A DNA stretch of 64,000 nt from Marinifilum sp. (GTDB lineage: Bacteria > Bacteroidota > Bacteroidia > Bacteroidales > Marinifilaceae): NCBI RefSeq assembly GCF_965230805.1, contig NZ_OZ246019.1, positions 4,581,941 to 4,645,940 on the forward strand, given 5' to 3'. The notes beneath the pieces were generated by a model that was not told where the DNA came from, made no database searches, and saw only the letters and a program-made list of their open reading frames with translations. This document shows positions 10,394 through 20,122 of this stretch, piece by piece (within the stretch, counting starts at the first letter, position 1; the number at the start of each line of letters is the position of its first letter). The position numbers and the translations under genes were made by a program.

Positions 10394-10711
10394 GCTCAAT
10401 GAATCATTAGTAATTCGAATCTAGGATTGAAAATTCCTTTTATTTATATTTTATCCTCAAGCCGGAAGGCTCTTACTTTCTCCATTGCTGAGAAAGTAAG
10501 CAAAGAATCTAGGGTGTGTAAGCTAAAACTACTTCTACTTAAAAACTTTAAGTGCGGCGGGGTGATCTTCTCAATTCTTCGAAGCTTCCCCGTCTTTCTA
10601 AAAAAGTTTTCTGCGCATAAGCAGTTTAACCTTCCAATACCCATTGAGTCCTATGTCGTTTTTTGTGTTTTTTACAATTACACATTATTCATTCTTAATT
10701 ATTAATTGATA

Positions 10712-11926
10712 TTACCGTCTGCGATGAGCAGGAATAATTGGTGCTTGCCCATTAAAAGGATTCATTCCTCCAATGGTTTTTACATCCATTCCTATGGCTC
10801 GTTTCACTGCATTTTTCCCAAACCTATTTCGCAAATGATCCATTTTCTGATACAGCTTAATGAGTTTCTCAGAGTCTTCGAACAAACGAATTTGATAAGT
10901 TCCTCCCACCAAATTGCTGAAGCGAACTCCGATGAGCCGAATCAAAACCCGGCGTTCATACATCTTATCAAACAGGTCGAGCACTGTAGCGATTAGTGTA
11001 TGATCGAGCGATGTGTAAGGAATTCGCTTTTGTTTGGTGTAAGTTTGAAAATCAGAATAGCGAATCTTAACCGTCACACAGGCAGTTAGTTTGTTTCCAT
11101 TTCGAAGCTGATAAGCCAGATTTTCGGCCATTGCAACCAAAATGCTGCGTAATTTTACAACATCGGTGGTATCTCGTTCAAAAGTTCGTTCTGTCGATAT
11201 GGATTTTCTCTCATTCCAGGCAATCACAGGAGTGTTATCAATTCCCTGCGCCTTCTTCCAAATCACTTGTCCATTTTTTCCTAACACACGCTCCATTAAT
11301 TCCATGGGCATTTCTTGCACGGTTCTTACTTTCTCTATTCCCATGCTTCGCAATTTGTGATAAGTTTTATCGCCAACCATAGGAATTTTCTTTATCGAAA
11401 GTGGAGCTAAAAAAGGGATCTCGTTTCCATATTCTATATTGATATGATTATTGGGTTTGGCCTCACCTGTTCCCACTTTAGAAACCGTTTTGCTGGTAGA
11501 TAAGCCAAAAGAAATTGGCAAGTGTGTTTCCTTTATAATTTTATCTCTAAGCTCTCTGGACCACAAGTAGCTCTCCTGCACAAAACGATCCATCCCAGTA
11601 ATGTCCATATAAAACTCATCGATAGATGATTTTTCGAACAAAGGCGAACGCTCCTTAATGATTTCCGTTACCTGGTCGGAAAATTTACTGTAAGTACCAC
11701 TATTCCCCCTAATCACAACAGCTTCGGGACAAAGCATACGAGCCATTTTCATGGGCATGGCAGAATGAATGCCATATGTACGTGCTTCGTAAGAACAAGC
11801 TGCTACTACTCCCCTGTCTGATGTTCCCCCAATCAATACCGGTCGATTGTTCAACCTACTGTCCAACAACCTCTCACACGACACAAAAAATGTGTCTAAA
11901 TCCATATGTAATATTGTTTTTTTCAT
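10712..11926 (-). CDS. dinB: Y-family DNA polymerase (Pol IV/DinB-like)
   Basis: Catalytic acidic motifs MDLDTFFVSCE and SIDEFYMDITG are retained; little-finger region at the C-terminus. Confidence 0.85.
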   Translation of the reverse strand: MKKTILHMDLDTFFVSCERLLDSRLNNRPVLIGGTSDRGVVAACSYEARTYGIHSAMPMKMARMLCPEAVVIRGNSGTYSKFSDQVTEIIKERSPLFEKSSIDEFYMDITGMDRFVQESYLWSRELRDKIIKETHLPISFGLSTSKTVSKVGTGEAKPNNHINIEYGNEIPFLAPLSIKKIPMVGDKTYHKLRSMGIEKVRTVQEMPMELMERVLGKNGQVIWKKAQGIDNTPVIAWNERKSISTERTFERDTTDVVKLRSILVAMAENLAYQLRNGNKLTACVTVKIRYSDFQTYTKQKRIPYTSLDHTLIATVLDLFDKMYERRVLIRLIGVRFSNLVGGTYQIRLFEDSEKLIKLYQKMDHLRNRFGKNAVKRAIGMDVKTIGGMNPFNGQAPIIPAHRRR

Positions 11927-11930
11927 TAAA

Positions 11931-11974
11931 TGTCGATATTTTCGTCATAATCCTGTCGATAATTTAGTCTATCG
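11931..11974. promoter_or_regulatory. Candidate operator in the divergent dinB / lexA-like intergenic region
   Basis: TGTCGATA at 11931-11938 and again at 11954-11961, plus an inverted TATCG at 11970-11974. All lie within the 72-bp gap between the two start codons. Confidence 0.4.
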
Positions 11975-11998
11975 TTCGTATATTTGAAAGAAAAAAGC

Positions 11999-12730
11999 AT
12001 GTTTTTTGCAGAAAATATCAAGTTCCTTCGCAAGAGAAGAAAGAAATCGCAGGCCGATTTGGCTGAGCAATTGGAGATTACACGTACCACTTTGGCAGGA
12101 TATGAAAAGAGTGTTCAACCACCTTTTAGAGTACTAATTAAATTTGCTGAATACTTTGGTGTTTCTATCGATGCATTAATAAGGTATAACTTGCAGGAAT
12201 TATCGGAATTTCAGCTTTCGCAGATCGAAGATGGTTTCGACATTGATGTGACGGGAAAGAAACTTCGTTTGCTAACCATATCGGTAAACCAAAATGGAGA
12301 TGAAAACATTGAAATGGTACCTTTAAAAGCCCAGGCTGGCTATACAAACAGCTATGGCGATTTAGATTTTATCGAATCGCTGCCAAAGTTCTCCCTTCCC
12401 TTTTTGCCAAAAGATAAAACCTATCGAACTTTTCAAATTGAAGGCGATTCAATGCTTCCCATTCCTGAGGGATCATGGGTAACTGCATCATACATCCAAA
12501 ACTGGGAAAGCATTAAAGATGGTACTCCCTGCATTATTGTTACCCAGGAGGATGGTATCGTATTTAAGGTGGTGTACAAACAGCTCGAGAAAAATCAGAG
12601 TCTTCTTTTGGTATCGACCAACCGAAACTACAAACCTTATGAACTACCGATTGGAAAAGTAGCTGAGATATGGAAATTTGAAACTTACAATGGTTTTGAG
12701 ATTGAGCAAAGTGAATTCGACATTAAATAA
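11999..12730 (+). CDS. LexA-like self-cleaving repressor (XRE-type HTH + S24 peptidase domain)
   Basis: HTH: NIKFLRKRRKKSQADLAEQLEITRTTLAGYEKS. Possible Ala-Gly cleavage site in KAQAGY. Ser (IEGDSMLP) and Lys (IVFKVV) dyad. ATG at 11999 is preferred over the TTG at 11984. Confidence 0.7.
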   Translation: MFFAENIKFLRKRRKKSQADLAEQLEITRTTLAGYEKSVQPPFRVLIKFAEYFGVSIDALIRYNLQELSEFQLSQIEDGFDIDVTGKKLRLLTISVNQNGDENIEMVPLKAQAGYTNSYGDLDFIESLPKFSLPFLPKDKTYRTFQIEGDSMLPIPEGSWVTASYIQNWESIKDGTPCIIVTQEDGIVFKVVYKQLEKNQSLLLVSTNRNYKPYELPIGKVAEIWKFETYNGFEIEQSEFDIK

Positions 12731-12805
12731 ATTAACAATTCATTACCATTATAATTGCTTTAATGATGGTAATTTTGAACCCTTAAAAAAATCAAAACAA
12801 TAAAT

Positions 12806-13441
12806 ATGAAAGTAGTAGCCATTAACGGAAGTCCCAAAAAAGAAGGCAATACCTACCATGCATTACAATTGGTGTGTGAGCAGTTGGAAGCCAAAAACAT
12901 TGAAACGGAAATTTTGCAAGTGGGTATCAAAAATGTGAAAGCATGTACTGCCTGCAATATGTGTGCGAAAAATCGGGATGAAAAATGTATCATCAAAAAT
13001 GATGATGTGAATAATTGGATTCAGAAAATGCAAGAAGCCGACGGAATTCTTCTTGGATCACCCGTGCACTATGCATCACTAAGTGCAGGAATGAAGTCCT
13101 TTCTCGACCGCGCTTTCTATGCAAGCGGTGCAAATGGCAATTTGTTCCGTTATAAAGTAGGTGCTTCGATAGCTGTAGTAAGAAGATCAGGAGGCTTACC
13201 AGCCTTTAATGAGATGAACAACTACCTTACCTATTCCGAAATGATGATTCCAACATCGAACTACTGGAATGTGATTCACGGTTTGGCCCCCGGGCAAGTT
13301 CTCCAAGATGAAGAAGGTGCTCAAATTATGAGAATATTAGGTAAAAACATGGCATATCTACTTGAATTAATTGAAAATGGAAAAAACAAAGTGGAAGCGC
13401 CAATACCAGAAAAGAAAGCCTATACTCATTTTGTGAGGTAG
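12806..13441 (+). CDS. Flavodoxin-fold NAD(P)H-dependent FMN reductase / iron-sulfur flavoprotein-like
   Basis: MKVVAINGSPKKEGNT, Cys cluster CTACNMCAK...KC, and LLGSPVHYASLSAGMKSFLDR. Confidence 0.65.
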   Translation: MKVVAINGSPKKEGNTYHALQLVCEQLEAKNIETEILQVGIKNVKACTACNMCAKNRDEKCIIKNDDVNNWIQKMQEADGILLGSPVHYASLSAGMKSFLDRAFYASGANGNLFRYKVGASIAVVRRSGGLPAFNEMNNYLTYSEMMIPTSNYWNVIHGLAPGQVLQDEEGAQIMRILGKNMAYLLELIENGKNKVEAPIPEKKAYTHFVR

Positions 13442-13509
13442 ATGTAAACAAATACCAGCATTGCCAACTTTAAAAACATCGCCAATCTATAAGCATAGAC
13501 TGGCGATTT

Positions 13510-13719
13510 TTATTTAAACTGTTTACTAAAATCTTCATAAGAAATATAACGGATATGTCTGTAATATTCTTTCTCTTCCTTATCGAGTAGAATTTGAGTT
13601 GGAATACGAACCTGAATACTTTCATTACTTTCTAACTTTCTTGTTGTGAGGTATTCATAAAAACAACACTTACCTTGTTTCTCTATTTGTTTTTCACCTA
13701 TTCCATTACCTTTTTCATT
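13510..13719 (-). pseudogene. Possible remnant of a thioredoxin-fold gene (C-terminal half only, no in-frame start)
   Basis: My hand translation gives ...GKCCFYEYLTTRKLESNESIQVRIPTQILLDKEEKEYYRHIRYISYEDFSKQFK*. The VRIPTQILLDKE segment resembles the thioredoxin-fold cis-Pro region. An out-of-frame ATGAAAAAGGTAATGGAATAG lies upstream. Confidence 0.3.
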
Positions 13720-13772
13720 TTACGACAAGAAATGCAATTCCAGTTAGAATATTTCTTAGCTCTATGAGAGGT

Positions 13773-15803
13773 TTACTTTAAGCCACTTCTTTTCAAAAGA
13801 GGATCAATTGACGGTTCTTTACCTCTAAATTTTAGGTACAAATTCATTGGGTGATCGCTACCTCCTTTTTCCAGCACATTCTCACGGAAGGCATTAGCCG
13901 TAGCTTTATCGTAAATACCATTCTCCTTAAAAGCCTCGAAAGCATCCGCATCCAAAACCTCTGCCCATTTGTAGCCATAATATCCGGCTGCATATCCTCC
14001 CGCAAAAATATGCGAGAAAGATGTACTCATGCAGCTTCCATTTACTTTCGAGAAGAGCTCGGTCGACGCCATTGCCCGATCTTCGAACTCCTCTACCAAA
14101 CCCGTAACTGGCTTGTTTACAATATGCCAAGCCATGTCATTCAAACCAAAACTTATCTGGCGAACAAAACCATATCCACTTAAGAAATTCGAGCTATCAA
14201 TAATCTTCTGAATCAATTCCTGAGGGATCTTCTCTCCCGTTTCATAATGCATTGCAACTTCATCCAGCCACTCTTTACGGTATGCAAAGTTCTCCATAAA
14301 CTGCGATGGTAACTCCACAAAATCCCTGTATACATTAGTTCCCGACAAGGTACTATAGGTACACTTCGAAAGCATTCCGTGCAGTGCATGACCAAATTCA
14401 TGCAAGAATGTAGTTACTTCATTAAAAGTTAATAAAGACGGCTTGGTTTCGGTCGGACGAGTAAAATTGCACACAATGGAAATGTGCGGTCTGTAATCCT
14501 TATTTTCTTTCTTGTACTGATCAACAAAGGAAGTCATCCAGGCGCCTCCTTGCTTTGTGTTTCTTGGGTGAAAATCAGTATAGAACAAGGATATAAAATT
14601 CTGATCAGCATCAAACACTTCGTAAACATCCACTTCATCGTGATATTTTGGAATATCGGTATTCAATTGAAAGTGCAATCCGTACAGTTTGCCTGCTAAA
14701 TCAAAAATCCCCTCCTTCACACGCTCCAGTTCGAAATACGGACGCGTTATTTCATCATTGATATCAAATTTTTCGGTCTTCAACTTCTCGGCATAGTAAG
14801 CCCAATCCCATCTTTGCAATTCAAAATCTGCGCCAAGCGATTTAGCATACTCTTGCAATTCCCTGAACTCTTCTTTTGCTCTTGGCATGGATGCATCCAA
14901 AAGTTCATTCAAAAAACGGATTACATTGTCTGCCGATTTTGCCATTCTTTCCTCCAACACGTAATCCGAATAGCTTTGGTAACCTAGCAATTGAACCTTT
15001 GCCAATCGCAGTTCCACAATGCGATGAATAATCTTTTGATTGTCGAATTTATCGTTAAAACAGCGCGAAGAGTAAGCTTTAAACATTTTTTTGCGCAATT
15101 CGCGTTTTTCGGCGTATTGCATAAAAGGAACATAGCTAGGAAATTGCAGGTTAAACATCCATCCTTCCTTATCTTTTTCCTTTGCTAAGGCCGATGCAGC
15201 TTCTAAAATCCCCTCAGGCAAGCCCGCCACATCTTTTGAATCTGTTAAATGCAGCTCAAAATTATTAGTAGCAGCCAATACATTCTCACCAAACTGAAGG
15301 GTCAATTTTGAAAGTTCTTTTGAGATTTCTCTGATTTTTAACTTTTTCTCTTCATTCAAATCAGCACCCGACCTAACAAAGGATTTGTATCTATCGGTCA
15401 GCAACTGTGTTTCCTCAACATTCAAGTTCAAATCCTCTTTGATTTCATACACATGCTTCACTCTTTTAAAGAGTTTCTCATTCATAATGATATCATTGGA
15501 AAACTCGGTCAGCATTGGAGAAATTTCGCGAGCCAAAGCCTGCATTTCATCATTTGTATCCGCATGATTCAAATTGAAAAAAACCGAGCCTATACGATCT
15601 AGCTGCTGCCCTGTATACTCAAGAGCCTCGATGGTATTCTTGAAAGCAGGTTCTTCTGTCGAATTGGTAATTTGATCTATTTCATTTCTGGCATTTTCAA
15701 TACTCTTTTTAAATGCCGGCATATAGTGTTCCATCTCAATTCTATTGAATGGCACAGATTCATATGGTGTTGAGAATACTTCTAACAAAGGATTTTTACT
15801 CAT
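13773..15803 (-). CDS. dcp: M3-family zinc metallopeptidase (peptidyl-dipeptidase Dcp-like)
   Basis: HEFGHALH zinc motif. The overall layout matches Dcp/oligopeptidase A (PYFELERV..., FSHIFAGGYAAGYY). ATG at 15803 (MSKNPLLEVF) is preferred over the start at 15854. Confidence 0.75.
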   Translation of the reverse strand: MSKNPLLEVFSTPYESVPFNRIEMEHYMPAFKKSIENARNEIDQITNSTEEPAFKNTIEALEYTGQQLDRIGSVFFNLNHADTNDEMQALAREISPMLTEFSNDIIMNEKLFKRVKHVYEIKEDLNLNVEETQLLTDRYKSFVRSGADLNEEKKLKIREISKELSKLTLQFGENVLAATNNFELHLTDSKDVAGLPEGILEAASALAKEKDKEGWMFNLQFPSYVPFMQYAEKRELRKKMFKAYSSRCFNDKFDNQKIIHRIVELRLAKVQLLGYQSYSDYVLEERMAKSADNVIRFLNELLDASMPRAKEEFRELQEYAKSLGADFELQRWDWAYYAEKLKTEKFDINDEITRPYFELERVKEGIFDLAGKLYGLHFQLNTDIPKYHDEVDVYEVFDADQNFISLFYTDFHPRNTKQGGAWMTSFVDQYKKENKDYRPHISIVCNFTRPTETKPSLLTFNEVTTFLHEFGHALHGMLSKCTYSTLSGTNVYRDFVELPSQFMENFAYRKEWLDEVAMHYETGEKIPQELIQKIIDSSNFLSGYGFVRQISFGLNDMAWHIVNKPVTGLVEEFEDRAMASTELFSKVNGSCMSTSFSHIFAGGYAAGYYGYKWAEVLDADAFEAFKENGIYDKATANAFRENVLEKGGSDHPMNLYLKFRGKEPSIDPLLKRSGLK

Positions 15804-16484
15804 AATTATTCTTGATTTTAATTTCACAAACAAAGATAAGAATTGAACATACAAAATAAGGCTTCAAGAAATCTAATTTGTAAAATTTCCGAATACGTTT
15901 TTTTTAATCTTCAATCTAAATTAGCTCACATTTCTAATATACAAAGCATTCAACAGTCAATTTTTCTTAAGAATATTTACTTTTCCCCATCCCATGTGGG
16001 GATCAGCTTCTTGTCTTCTTAATTAAAGTAATACTTTAAACAAAGCCTTTAACTCACAAGTAAACTAAAACTTGCACCTAATAAAGCATTCGCTGTATTA
16101 ATGATTTGGGAGAGGCTCTGAACCACATCCACAAGTACAGTTCGAAGCACAGCAAGGGCATTATATGTGAAAACAGAGAAAGCATAAATGCCTTTTAGTC
16201 AATGCTTGATGCAGTAGTAATCTATTCTAATACTTCAACTGCTTTTACTGATGGATCTCAATTCGGTTTGGCAGCTGAAATAGGAATCAGCACACAGAAA
16301 CTTTATGCTCGCCAAGCAATGGCGTTAGAAGAGTTGTGCTTTTACAAATGGATGATTATTAGCAATGGACAAACAAGAGTATAAATTTCTCAATCCGAAT
16401 AACATACGATATATTCGGGTATTTTTTTCTTTTTATTGAACATTTTATGCTTTATTTTGTATTTACAACTAAAAGTAAACGATA

Positions 16485-17798
16485 ATGGAAAAGAATTGTA
16501 TTCTAATTTGGCTAAGACGAGACCTAAGACTTCAGGACAATGCAGCAATTAATCAAGCGCTACAAACGAACATGAAGCTCCTTTTCTACTTCAATTTCGA
16601 TACAGAAATCCTGGATCAGTTGGAAGACAGAAAGGATGCCCGAATCAATTATATTCATAGTAAACTACAGAAAATAAACCTAGAGCTTTCTAAAATTGGA
16701 TCAAGATTATTGGTGAAATATGGTTCTGCATTGCATTGTATTTCGGAAGTTTTAAAGGAATACCCTATTGCGAATATATATGCAAATGAGGATTACGAAC
16801 CATTCGCTATCGCCAGAGACCAAGCATGTAAAGATTTGTGCGAATCTCAACAAGTAGGTTTTCAGCTTTATAAAGATCAGGTAATATTTAAAAAGAAGGA
16901 AATTCTTAAAAAAGATGGAACACCCTACACGGTTTATACTCCATACATGAAGAAATGGCGATCGGTGTTCAACCCAAAAGAACACCTTCCCTATTCCTAC
17001 GAGTTAGATGCATCGAATACCGTACAAATGAAATTCAATAAAATTCCATCTCTTGCCGATATTGGTTTTAGCGCATCTTACATTGATATTCCTGCCATAA
17101 ACCTTTCGATGGATATGCTTTCGAATTACGATGACCGAAGAAACTTTCCAGCTTTAAAAGCGACTTCGAATTTAGGCATTCATCTGCGTTTTGGTACAAT
17201 CAGCATTCGCCAGGCAGTTCGGGAAGCTTTAAAAGGAGATGATCAATTTTTATTTCAACTCATCTGGCGGGAATTTTTCATGCAAATTCTGGTCAACTTC
17301 CCAAGAGTTGAACAAGAATGCTTTAAACCGTCTTATAACCAAATCCAGTGGGTGAATAACGAGGAAGAATTTGAGCTATGGACAAATGGTATGACTGGCT
17401 TTCCTATTGTAGATGCTGGTATGAGAGAATTAAAGGCAACGGGCAATTTGCACAATCGGGTAAGGATGATTGTAGCCAGCTTTTTGGTTAAGGATCTATT
17501 GATTGATTGGCGTTGGGGCGAAGCTTGGTTTGCCAATTACCTGCTTGATTACGACCAGGCTGCGAACAATGGCAATTGGCAATGGGTTGCAGGATGCGGT
17601 TGCGATGCCGCACCATATTTCAGGGTATTTAATCCAAGCGAACAACAAAAGAAATTTGATCCCGATTTTGCTTACATCAAAAAATGGATTCCGGACTTGG
17701 GAACAGATTCCTATCCTAAACCGATGATCGATCACAAGTTTGCAAGAAATAGAGCCTTGGAAAGTTACAAATCAGCATTACAAAGGCAAGGAGTTTAA
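16485..17798 (+). CDS. Cryptochrome/photolyase family protein (deoxyribodipyrimidine photolyase or Cry-DASH type)
   Basis: N-terminal ILIWLRRDLRLQDN; FAD-binding region WREFFMQI, GFPIVDAGMRELKATGNLHNRVRMIVASFL, DYDQAANNGNWQW. Confidence 0.85.
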   Translation: MEKNCILIWLRRDLRLQDNAAINQALQTNMKLLFYFNFDTEILDQLEDRKDARINYIHSKLQKINLELSKIGSRLLVKYGSALHCISEVLKEYPIANIYANEDYEPFAIARDQACKDLCESQQVGFQLYKDQVIFKKKEILKKDGTPYTVYTPYMKKWRSVFNPKEHLPYSYELDASNTVQMKFNKIPSLADIGFSASYIDIPAINLSMDMLSNYDDRRNFPALKATSNLGIHLRFGTISIRQAVREALKGDDQFLFQLIWREFFMQILVNFPRVEQECFKPSYNQIQWVNNEEEFELWTNGMTGFPIVDAGMRELKATGNLHNRVRMIVASFLVKDLLIDWRWGEAWFANYLLDYDQAANNGNWQWVAGCGCDAAPYFRVFNPSEQQKKFDPDFAYIKKWIPDLGTDSYPKPMIDHKFARNRALESYKSALQRQGV

Positions 17799-17867
17799 GT
17801 CTGATCATCTTTTTAATGAATGTAGCTTTTATTACTTTTGGTTCCGAACAATTAAGTAAGAAATCGT

Positions 17868-19673
17868 ATGAATCAAAAAGCAAAAATTTACTCTCAAAGA
17901 ATAAGCTCATTTCAACAAGAAATTAAGCAATTAAAGAGCACAAATAGAAAATTTTCTATGTTCCGTTTGCTTAGCGCTGTAGGCGCATTTGTGCTTTTCT
18001 ATGTCATTTTCCCCTATTCGATACCTTTAGCTATTTTGCTTGCTGCGATTTTAATTGGAGCTCTTATTTACTTTGTTCTCAAATACAACAGAAATGAGAA
18101 GAATATCAAAAGGCTTCAAAAACTAATTGAAATCAATGAAAATGAATTAAAATGCATTGAAACAAGACATAGTTCATTGTATAATAATGGTGAAGAGTAC
18201 GAAGTTCATAATCATCCTTACAGCTCAGATCTGGATATATTTGGAGAACATTCTATTTACCAATTAATAAATCGAGGTGTAAGCAAAAGTGGAAATGATG
18301 GTTTAGCTTCATACTTATCTGCACCTGCAAGTAACAAAACTATTATTGAACGTCAAATGGCAATTCAGGAACTTAGTGCGAAAATAGATTGGAGACAGAA
18401 CATCATTCAATATGGCTTGCTAAGAAAACTAAAAAATGATGATCCTGATTTTGTTAGTGACTGGGGGAAAATGCCCTCGCCTTTTTATGGAAATAAAAAA
18501 CTACAAATAGCCATCACAATTTTGCCGTTCTTATCACTTCCTGTTTTAATTTACGCAATAGTAGGTTCTTCTATTCCTATTATGATTTTGTTGATGATTA
18601 GTATTGCAATTCACTATTTTAACTTTAAAAAAGTTGGACTTGCACATAATACCACCTCAAAACGTGCAGATATGCTAATGATCTATGCCAATATTATTGA
18701 AGAATTTGAATCTCAGGAATGGAAGTCGGATAAACTGAAAGAAATCAAGCAAAATCTTGCAAGCAGCGGCATCAAATCTTTCAAAAAAATTAGAAAACTC
18801 TCAAAGTTGATTGAGTTGCTAGATCAGCGATACAACATGTTGGTGCAAATTCTTTTCAATTTGCTTTTCTTTTACGAATTGCATTTAATTTTCCGCATTT
18901 CCAGATGGAAAAACAAATATGGACACGAAATAGGAAATTGGTTTAAAAGTATTGGAGAAATTGAAGCCTTAAGTAGTTTGGCAAACCTAAGCTTTAACCA
19001 TCCTGATTGGGCTTTTGCAACTATTGCAGAGGAACATTTCAAATTGGATATGTCTGATGCAGGACATCCTATGATTGATGAAAATAAGCGCGTTTGCAAC
19101 GATTATAAAATGACCGGCCCTGGAGTAGTTCACATTGTTACTGGTTCGAATATGGCTGGGAAAAGTACTTTCTTACGCACCATTGGTGTTAATGTGGTTC
19201 TTGCTCTTAGTGGAGCTCCTGTCTGTGCTAAAAAAATGATGGTTTCGAATGTAGAGATAAATACTTCTATGCAAATTAAAGACTCAATTGAAGAGAATGA
19301 ATCATCTTTTTATGCCGAACTGAAAAGGATTCAACAAGTACTTGATAAGGTGACCAAAAAAGAGAATACACTTCTTTTACTTGATGAAATTCTAAGAGGA
19401 ACCAATTCGAAAGACAAGCATACAGGATCGGCTGCATTAATTAAGCAATTGGTAAAGTACAATGCTGTTGGATTGGTTGCCACTCACGATTTGGAATTAT
19501 CGGTTTTGGAAGACGAGTTGCCTGGTTGTGTGGAAAACAAATTCTTCGATATTAAAATCGATGGCGAACAATTGTACTTCGATTATAAAGTTCAAGATGG
19601 TGTTTGCAAAACCTTTAATGCTCCTATTTTAATGAAGAAAATGGGAATTGAGATGGAACTGATTAATGATTAG
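17868..19673 (+). CDS. MutS-related ATPase (MutS domain V only, N-terminal TM helices)
   Basis: Walker A GSNMAGKSTFLRTIG, Walker B LLLLDEILRGTN, THD motif ATHDLEL. Hydrophobic helices near aa 30-70 and 210-250. Confidence 0.7.
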   Translation: MNQKAKIYSQRISSFQQEIKQLKSTNRKFSMFRLLSAVGAFVLFYVIFPYSIPLAILLAAILIGALIYFVLKYNRNEKNIKRLQKLIEINENELKCIETRHSSLYNNGEEYEVHNHPYSSDLDIFGEHSIYQLINRGVSKSGNDGLASYLSAPASNKTIIERQMAIQELSAKIDWRQNIIQYGLLRKLKNDDPDFVSDWGKMPSPFYGNKKLQIAITILPFLSLPVLIYAIVGSSIPIMILLMISIAIHYFNFKKVGLAHNTTSKRADMLMIYANIIEEFESQEWKSDKLKEIKQNLASSGIKSFKKIRKLSKLIELLDQRYNMLVQILFNLLFFYELHLIFRISRWKNKYGHEIGNWFKSIGEIEALSSLANLSFNHPDWAFATIAEEHFKLDMSDAGHPMIDENKRVCNDYKMTGPGVVHIVTGSNMAGKSTFLRTIGVNVVLALSGAPVCAKKMMVSNVEINTSMQIKDSIEENESSFYAELKRIQQVLDKVTKKENTLLLLDEILRGTNSKDKHTGSAALIKQLVKYNAVGLVATHDLELSVLEDELPGCVENKFFDIKIDGEQLYFDYKVQDGVCKTFNAPILMKKMGIEMELIND

Positions 19674-20122
19674 TACCCGTTTGATTATGAATAGGTATAA
19701 AATTTTTTAATGCGAAAATGGCTGCGCAAAACAGCATTAAAAATGATTTAACGCCCTTTTAAGTCGTCGCAACCAACATTAAAAGACTTTTAATGCCATA
19801 TTGACACAAAAAAATAAGCATAAAAAGAGAAGAAATTGGCGTATTTCTACAAATATGAGCGTTTCAAGTAAAACAAATTGGCTTTTAATGCAAAAAGCCC
19901 CTTTAAAAATCTCAAAACGCCTCTTTTTATTCTCAAAAGGCTCATTAAAAATTCGGGCAAAGCCAATTGTGCAGTAAATACACCAATTAAATCTTTCTTG
20001 TTGGGTTAATTTAACAGCAGTTTATCGTATTTAAAATGTAGTTTGGAGTCGCTACTCCTAATTTGCAATAAGGAGTAACACCAATGGTAAATCAAAATGA
20101 TTGATGTTTTAATTCTCTTATT

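Noticed and set aside
10427-10705. ORFs of 92 aa (plus strand) and 66 aa (minus strand) in the dinB-dnaE2 gap, as possible imuA-like genes.
   Set aside because: They overlap each other, are low-complexity and show no RecA/ImuA-like Walker motifs.
16202-16384. A 60-aa ORF in the 630-bp gap between the M3 peptidase and the photolyase. It contains an HTH-looking stretch ([16 protein letters not shown]).
   Set aside because: It is too short and isolated to support. It could be a fragment of a decayed regulator or transposase, but I cannot verify that without a search.
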